Origin: Promethearchaeota archaeon
GTDB lineage: Archaea; Asgardarchaeota; Lokiarchaeia; Sigyniarchaeales; SOKP01
Direction of reading: 5' to 3'
Assembly: GCA_016840165.1 (NCBI GenBank)
Contig: JAEOSU010000100.1
Coordinates: 1-43,578, forward strand
Length of the DNA: 43,578 bases
Made by a program: the position numbers and the translations under genes. Shown here one piece after another: positions 37,213 to 43,578 of this stretch; position 1 is the stretch's first letter, and each line of letters begins with the position of its first letter. A model generated the notes under the pieces. The model saw nothing but the letters and a program-made list of their open reading frames with translations, did not search any database and had not been told where the DNA came from.

Positions 37213-37959
37213 ATGATTAAAAATATCTTCATTATGAAATCAACCGGTGAGTTGATCTTTTATAAAACATATGAGGATATTTTCAACATTAAACTCACTA
37301 CCAGCTTTTTAAGCGCAATTTTTTCATTTGTAAAACAAACTTTGAAGACAAAAGAATTATCTGAAATAGAAGTGGGTCCATTTAGGTTTATATTCGAAAT
37401 TGAAAAAGCTAACTCAAGTGAATTAATGTTTGCTTTATTTAGTGACCGTACCGATAATCTAGTTGAATTACGTAATCAGCTCCGGGAAATAAAGAGTCAA
37501 TTTCTCCATCAATTTGACCTCCATTTACTTACGGAAAATTTCAATGGGGAGATTTCTCAGTATCAAAGTTTTGATATAAAAATTGATGAGATCATGGAAA
37601 ATAGTAAAAAATTAGTCTCAGAAGAGATTCAAAATGAACTATTAGAAGTTTTTCAGGAATTACATACTTTTTCGACATTTGTCATTTCTTCAGCACTGCT
37701 AACCCAAACTGGTAGAGTTATAGTATCCTATCTTGATGAAAACGTTTTATCGGAAATTATACGACTTTTAGAAAGTAGATTTATCATTGGGAATTCAAAA
37801 ATCCATGAGTTAATCTCGCTTGAGGAATATGGCATTTTATCATTAGTGGGGATTGAGAATTTCATTAGCGTAATTCAATTCGAGAGTAAGTGCCCATTTG
37901 AATCCGCCTTAATCATCTCTAAAAAATTTTCGAATCGGTTAAAAAAACTCATTATTTAG
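37213..37959 (+). CDS. Longin-like plus roadblock-like domain protein
   Basis: N-terminal MIKNIFIMKSTGELIFYKTY..SFLSAIFSF (longin-type); C-terminal VISSALLTQTGRVIVSYL (roadblock-type). Confidence 0.7.
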   Translation: MIKNIFIMKSTGELIFYKTYEDIFNIKLTTSFLSAIFSFVKQTLKTKELSEIEVGPFRFIFEIEKANSSELMFALFSDRTDNLVELRNQLREIKSQFLHQFDLHLLTENFNGEISQYQSFDIKIDEIMENSKKLVSEEIQNELLEVFQELHTFSTFVISSALLTQTGRVIVSYLDENVLSEIIRLLESRFIIGNSKIHELISLEEYGILSLVGIENFISVIQFESKCPFESALIISKKFSNRLKKLII

Positions 37960-38129
37960 CTAGTTTCTGAATCGTTGAATTAGAACTATTAAATGCACAA
38001 AATCAAACAATTATTTGATTAAATTAATAATTAAATATATGAAATCATATTTATTTTTACAAAAATTAAAAAGTTAGATCCCATTTTTCTACGCATAATA
38101 CTATTTCTACTAAAAAGAGGAGTTAAAAA

Positions 38130-39431
38130 TTGGAAGAGAATAAGACCAAATATATGGATAAAGCCATTAATGATGAAATTCTCGAGAAATTAAGCTTAAA
38201 AAATCGCTATCAATTCCTTAATACTACGATGATGACTGCTTTGGAGCCAGATCAATTCAATTTTCTTCGTTCCGCTGAAAAATTCTGTATGCGCTATGAA
38301 AAAAAAAATAAGATCGTTCACAGTAATGATGAGGATTTATATGACTGGATTTCTGATTTCGGAAAAGAAGGATTAATCTCAAGGGCTCACCCCTTTACAG
38401 AAATTGATATGGATTATGATTCCTATGGAATGGCAACTGAATTATTAAGATGCCTTGCTTTGAACTTTTTTGACCCACAATTTTCGATGGGCGGTGGTGC
38501 CACCGTACTTGCCATCAATCCGGTGTATTATCATCATGAAAACATACCTATAAGATTAGAGATCTTAAAGAAATTCGTAACAGGCGAAACTCCTGGAGCG
38601 ATTCTTATTACTGAACCGGAACGGGGTTCCGATGCTGTACATATGTTAACTTTATTAGAGGAAAAAGATGATGGTAGCTATCTTGTCAATGGGGAAAAAA
38701 TTTACAATACCAACGCACCGAAAGCGGGTTATGTTGTAGCTTATGCTACAGCAGAAGAGAATAATGGAAACACCATGGCTCAAGTCCTCATCGATACCTC
38801 ATGGGATGGATGGAATTGTGATCGCGTCTTCATACCCTGGGTCCCTCGTGTATATTTAGGCCATGAACATTTAGTGAATCTTCGCGTTCCGAAAGATTAC
38901 ATCTTAGGACCCATAGGAAAAGGACGCGAACACTTATTTGAAGGACTCGTTCCTGAACGTATCGGTATTGCCCTTGACTCTACCTCTCAATGTTGGAATG
39001 CTATCGCTCACGCAGCTATTTATGTGAACAATCGTAAACAATTTAATCAAGAAATTTTAAAATTCCAGGGCGTTGGGTTTCTTTTGACCGATCTATGGGC
39101 GCGATTAACCAATGTGACGCTCGGATTATTGAGGTTCTGTGAAAAATACGATGAAAAGATTGAGAAGTTCGGCGGTGAACTCCCGAAAAATATTTCTCAG
39201 GCAATGGTAGCTTCAGCTTCAATGTTTAAATATCATTGTACTGCACTTTCAAAGGATATTTGTTATGAGGCTGCTAACCTCATGGGCGGTGCAGGTTTAT
39301 GTGATAACCTTTTAACACATGACCTTTTAAATATCTCTCGAATCCAGGAAATTGTAGGAGGTAGCAGGCAAATCCAGCAGTATATCATGAGTATGGCTAT
39401 GAGAACATTGTATAAAATGACGGGAATCTAA
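38130..39431 (+). CDS. Acyl-CoA dehydrogenase
   Basis: ITEPERGSD, VNGEKIYNTNA, RKQFNQEI..FQGV, MGGAG, EIVGGSRQIQ. Confidence 0.93.
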   Translation: MEENKTKYMDKAINDEILEKLSLKNRYQFLNTTMMTALEPDQFNFLRSAEKFCMRYEKKNKIVHSNDEDLYDWISDFGKEGLISRAHPFTEIDMDYDSYGMATELLRCLALNFFDPQFSMGGGATVLAINPVYYHHENIPIRLEILKKFVTGETPGAILITEPERGSDAVHMLTLLEEKDDGSYLVNGEKIYNTNAPKAGYVVAYATAEENNGNTMAQVLIDTSWDGWNCDRVFIPWVPRVYLGHEHLVNLRVPKDYILGPIGKGREHLFEGLVPERIGIALDSTSQCWNAIAHAAIYVNNRKQFNQEILKFQGVGFLLTDLWARLTNVTLGLLRFCEKYDEKIEKFGGELPKNISQAMVASASMFKYHCTALSKDICYEAANLMGGAGLCDNLLTHDLLNISRIQEIVGGSRQIQQYIMSMAMRTLYKMTGI

Positions 39432-39967
39432 TCTAACTATTCATTTTTTTTACTTTTTTCTATTTTTTTCATTCTTATCATGAGTTAATTATGATTCTTG
39501 ATATAGATTGTTTCTTTCATAAAAACGAGTTATTACAATACCCAGAGCTAATATACCTAAAGTTAGAATTATAAAAATAAAAAAACGACAAAATTTTGTG
39601 AATAAAACGTATATAAAGCCATAATAAAAGAACTTAGCATCGCAATTGATGTTATAGATAAGATTATATAAAAATTGTTTTTTATTCTTAATCTACTCCT
39701 TTTGGTTCTTTATTAAGTCTTTACTTTTATTCCAATTCTTAATTAAAGTTATATTTCCCATTAAGATTATAGTTTTGTTAAGTATATATTTATTCTTATA
39801 CAAAGTGCATATTTTATAGTGTTTTTGCAATGAATTGGATTAAAAATTGAATTGCTTTAGCTTAGTAAATCAATTTTTTTTGGTCTTTATGTGTCTAACT
39901 CATATAAATATAAGAATAGAAAAAGGAAAAATTTTTTGATTTGTAATCAAAATAATTTTTAATTAAA

Positions 39968-41263
39968 TTAGCCTACTGACATTTTATAGAGAGTGCGTAA
40001 ACTAAGGCTCATGATATATTGCTGAATTTGCCTTGAACCGCCTACAATCTCCTGAATCCGAGAGATGTTTAAGTAGTCGTATAATAAAGTATTATCGCAC
40101 AAACCAGCGCCCCCACAGGCGTTCGCACATTCATAACACACTTTTTTAGCTAATTTAGAGGCTTGATATTTAAATTGCGACGCACTGGCGACCATTGCTT
40201 GGCTGATATTTTTCGGAATCTCTCCTCCAAATTTTTCATACTTTTCATCGAAGGCTTCACAGAATTTAAGAAGACCTAACGTCAGATTTGTCGTTCGTGC
40301 CCACAGATCCGCGAGTAAGAAACCAACTCCCTGGAATTTGAGAATTTCTTGGTTAAATTGCTTACGATTATTGGCGTAAATAATCGCATGGGCTAAAGCA
40401 CCCCAACATTCGCTCACACCCATAATGGCAATTGAGATCCGTTCGGGTACGAGACCCTCAAATAGATGTTCACGTCCTTTACCGACAGGTCCTAAGATAT
40501 ATTCTTTTGGAACACGTACGTCAGTTAGAGTCTCTTTCCCCAAATATAACTTTGGTACCCACGGAATATTAACCCGTTCGACTCCAAATCCTTCCCAACC
40601 GGTATTAACAAGAAATTGAGCCATTAAATTGCCATTATTTTGCTCTTGTGTGGCATATGCAACAACCCATTTGGATCGGGGTGCGTTAGTATTATATATC
40701 TTGATTCCATTAAGGAGGAAACTTCCATCATCCTGTGGTGTACAAGTAGTTAATTGATGTACCGCATCCGAGCCTCTTTCGGGTTCAGTTATAAGAATTG
40801 CTCCGGGAGATACCCCGGTAATCATATCTTTTAATGCTTCGAGTCTTTGTGGTATATTTTCATGATGTTCGTAGACTGGGTTGATAGCAAGTACGGTTGC
40901 CCCACCACCCATTGCAAATTGTGGGTCAAACATATCAATCGCGATATTTCTCATCAAATCTGCTGCGAGACCCCAATCATCATAATGTATATCACAAATA
41001 TCAAAAGTATGCTGACGGGTAATATATCCTTTTTCACCGAAATCTCGTACCCAATCATAAATATCCTCATTAGGTCCATGAGTAATATTATTTTTCTTCT
41101 CGTAGCGCATGCAAAACCGCTGGACTTCCCTCAAGAAATTAAACTCTTTTGGGGATAAAATAGAGGTAAGATTATTATTCAAGAACGCATAACGGTTTTT
41201 CAAACTGAATTTCTCGAGAATTTCATCATTAATAGCTTGGACTTTAAATTTTCTTTCACTCAC
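39968..41263 (-). CDS. Acyl-CoA dehydrogenase, close paralog of 38130-39431
   Basis: Same motifs, with long identical stretches (GKGREHLFEGLVPERI, LNISRIQEIVGGSRQIQQYIMS). Confidence 0.93.
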   Translation of the reverse strand: MSERKFKVQAINDEILEKFSLKNRYAFLNNNLTSILSPKEFNFLREVQRFCMRYEKKNNITHGPNEDIYDWVRDFGEKGYITRQHTFDICDIHYDDWGLAADLMRNIAIDMFDPQFAMGGGATVLAINPVYEHHENIPQRLEALKDMITGVSPGAILITEPERGSDAVHQLTTCTPQDDGSFLLNGIKIYNTNAPRSKWVVAYATQEQNNGNLMAQFLVNTGWEGFGVERVNIPWVPKLYLGKETLTDVRVPKEYILGPVGKGREHLFEGLVPERISIAIMGVSECWGALAHAIIYANNRKQFNQEILKFQGVGFLLADLWARTTNLTLGLLKFCEAFDEKYEKFGGEIPKNISQAMVASASQFKYQASKLAKKVCYECANACGGAGLCDNTLLYDYLNISRIQEIVGGSRQIQQYIMSLSLRTLYKMSVG

Positions 41264-41456
41264 ACTTGATCACAACTTGGAATTTGTTATTTAGTTTGTA
41301 AATTATATTCAAAAATATAAGCTACTTTTTTAATGTTTGTTCAAAGACATGTTTGATATAACAAGGAAATTCCCTTTAAAACGACCAATTAAAAAAGTCT
41401 GGATAATAAGAGTAAAAAAGTAGAAAAAAATAAGATTAATACTGATTTAGAACATT

Positions 41457-41672
41457 TTAGTCCTCGTCGTCCTCTTCTTCTCCCATGAGTTTTTCGATTT
41501 TATCTTCGAGTTCTTCGATTTTAGCTTCAAGAGCTTGAATTTTTTTATTGGTTTCACAAGTGGCACAGCCATCATCCTCATCACACTGAGGTAAAGTATC
41601 ACAGACTTCTTGAAGTTCGTCCATTTCTTCTAGTAATTTATCAACTTGGTCTTGAAGATCATCAATGCTCAT
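41457..41672 (-). CDS. Small acidic coiled-coil protein with a central four-Cys cluster
   Basis: GGTGTGA RBS-like upstream; heptad segments flank CDTLPQCDEDDGCATC. Confidence 0.75.
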   Translation of the reverse strand: MSIDDLQDQVDKLLEEMDELQEVCDTLPQCDEDDGCATCETNKKIQALEAKIEELEDKIEKLMGEEEDDED

Positions 41673-41808
41673 ATTTCACACCTTTTTAGGTAATTATGAT
41701 TAATCATACATTATTTATTTTTTTTTCCATAAAAATATCAAGAAAGGAGTAATTAAGTGGTTTATCGATAAGATAAGAGGAAAAAATAGAGAAAAGCCGA
41801 ATATACTA

Positions 41809-43578
41809 CTAGGCTTTCAATTTATTCATTTTGGTGTCAATAGATTTGTTCAATTTAAGGATTTCTTTATCCAATGTTTTGAGTTCCGAGGAAATGGTTT
41901 CATACCTGCTTTCTTGATCATTTAACTTTTTGATATATCGTTCTCGTAAGGTAGCCGATTGGTTATCATTGCCTAGGACGGATATATTCTCTCGCAGTCG
42001 ATTTTGTTCTTCAGTCATCATATCTCGTTCTTGGTATAGTTTTTCCTGTTTATCCTTTAACTCGTTAAATTTGCTGATTAAATCGGCTATTTCGTTCAAT
42101 TCATTTTCGAGTTTTGTGTCAATAAAGTTTTGTTTGATATAAAAACTCACTTTCTTCATATAATCCTCTTTAGACCAATTCCATAGATAATAACTGGAGG
42201 AGAGTTCTCTACGTTCCTTCAAATTGAAGTTAATGGCAGATTTTGGCTTTAAAGTAAGTTTAAAACGCCAGTAATTAGCTGTTTCTTCAGGTTCAATAGG
42301 TTTTTCGATGAATTCATAACCAAGGGTTTTAGGATGATCTAAATATAATTGCTTCTCTTCGTTGGTTTTATTATTTATTTTGTATAATGTCATTCGATTG
42401 GTATAATACCATTCATTTGCATGGGCTCCCCCAAAGGTTACTTTATGGACGGTCTTATTTTCAGACTTTTCTTCGTGGGTAATAATTACTGCTTGTTCCA
42501 CCGCATAATTTAAAAGACGTGTATCATCCTTATTGAGGAAGGGAATAATTGCTTCTCCTGCTAAATTATCATCGTAAATAATAGTTACTGGTCCCCGTTC
42601 TAAAGTTAAGTTTGTATCATTAGTAATTTCTAAGCAGACATTAGGATTTTTATCGTGTTCAGTTTTATTATACAGCAAAATACGTTTGGCTTTTATGACT
42701 TCGGTTAAGATAGGTACTAAAGCAGACTGTTTTCTTTTAATTGAGACCAAATTGGAGATATTATATTCAAATAATTCCCCTAAATCTTTAGTTTGTATTT
42801 TAGTTTGTGCTTTAAATTTATCATACATCGTCTCATCGGACATAATTGCTGCCAAACCTCTCATTGCTCCTCCTGCTGGGGCGGGGGGAGGACGTGATGC
42901 GGCCCTTTTCATCATTTTGGCGGCAGGACGCGCTTCTGCTTCAGCCATCGCGTAATCTTCATATCGCTCTTTCTCTAAACCCTCTTCAATTTCAGTAGGT
43001 TGGGCACTTAATACTTTTGGAGGTTTAATAACAGGTCGTTGAATAAAGATTGGCCTATAAAATTCATATTTAAAAGAAACAGGCATTCCAGCGACCAATG
43101 TGAGTTCAATATCCTCCCAATCTTGGTTAGTAGTATTTTCTATTAAACTCCAACCCGAAAGTAAGCATTTTTCCTCAGTTGCTTGTTCCACACTCATAAT
43201 CAAGCGGTAAGAGGTTTTCCAAATAGGGCTTTCTCTAATATAGGAAACAAAAATATTTCTTTCAAGGTCATCTTTTCCCCCTGATTCGCAATTTATAACA
43301 ATCTTCTTCGCATCTTTTTTCTTTCCAGCAATAACTGTATTAAGAAAAAATTTCAAATCCTTTTTAATTTCCTCGTTTAATATATCAACGGATTTAATCT
43401 CTTCAAAAGGGTGTTTTGAAATTACATCATTTTCTTGTAATAGAATTAAAATTTTGTCGATAATTTTCTCATTTTTAACAAACTTCTCTGTTTCTTCTAT
43501 TCCCATGATAGTCCCTGATAGATTTTTGTTTCCACTTACCGTGATATTAACATTCGCTCCTTTTATCTGACTGATAAG
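41809..43578 (-). CDS. DUF4139-family protein with C-terminal coiled coil (5' end beyond the right edge)
   Basis: Frame stays open to the edge (LISQIKGANVNITV..GTIMGIE); PIWKTSYRL, ENTTNQDWEDIELTLVAGMP, GELFEY, QSALVPI, LERGPVTI. Confidence 0.85.
   Translation of the reverse strand, partial: LISQIKGANVNITVSGNKNLSGTIMGIEETEKFVKNEKIIDKILILLQENDVISKHPFEEIKSVDILNEEIKKDLKFFLNTVIAGKKKDAKKIVINCESGGKDDLERNIFVSYIRESPIWKTSYRLIMSVEQATEEKCLLSGWSLIENTTNQDWEDIELTLVAGMPVSFKYEFYRPIFIQRPVIKPPKVLSAQPTEIEEGLEKERYEDYAMAEAEARPAAKMMKRAASRPPPAPAGGAMRGLAAIMSDETMYDKFKAQTKIQTKDLGELFEYNISNLVSIKRKQSALVPILTEVIKAKRILLYNKTEHDKNPNVCLEITNDTNLTLERGPVTIIYDDNLAGEAIIPFLNKDDTRLLNYAVEQAVIITHEEKSENKTVHKVTFGGAHANEWYYTNRMTLYKINNKTNEEKQLYLDHPKTLGYEFIEKPIEPEETANYWRFKLTLKPKSAINFNLKERRELSSSYYLWNWSKEDYMKKVSFYIKQNFIDTKLENELNEIADLISKFNELKDKQEKLYQERDMMTEEQNRLRENISVLGNDNQSATLRERYIKKLNDQESRYETISSELKTLDKEILKLNKSIDTKMNKLKA

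Noticed and set aside
39432-39967. 536-nt gap between the convergent ACAD genes as a hidden gene or MITE
   Set aside because: No convincing ORF, terminal inverted repeats or structured GC-rich segment found by eye; only T-rich terminator-like tracts.
3413-42955. Other short antisense or alternate-frame ORFs (e.g. 5134-5424, 6972-7217, 9726-10100, 10844-11182, 17834-18136, 26399-26617, 27421-27612, 32438-32689, 36503-36763, 40847-41158, 42686-42955)
   Set aside because: They lie within or opposite confidently identified genes and have no motifs.

Overview
AT-rich archaeal chromosomal window, very probably from an Asgard archaeon of the Lokiarchaeia/Promethearchaeota type. Evidence: eL22-like ribosomal protein, two Rab-like small GTPases, a longin/roadblock-type protein, form III RuBisCO with ribose-1,5-bisphosphate isomerase, aIF-2gamma, aIF-1A, TFS and Spt5. 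It holds about 42 mostly housekeeping or metabolic CDSs; I saw no CRISPR array, tRNA or transposase. The standout feature is a circularly permuted 5S rRNA gene at 29246-29365, hidden under a spurious ORF. Its 3' half precedes its 5' half, the native ends are joined by a C(UUUG)G loop, and the 120-nt unit sits in a long inverted-repeat stem. That stem contains a bulge-helix-bulge-like motif whose predicted cleavage and ligation would exactly rebuild the canonical 5S junction CCGAACCCGGAA|GUUAA, predicting a covalently circular 5S rRNA. Other leads: an unannotated protein with 35-aa tandem repeats of nebulin-like period at the left edge, a ~210-aa Met-rich insertion inside an ABC nucleotide-binding domain, an HhH-fused aIF-2gamma, Spt5 with long acidic tails, and a hairpin/leader-peptide region upstream of an MFS transporter.
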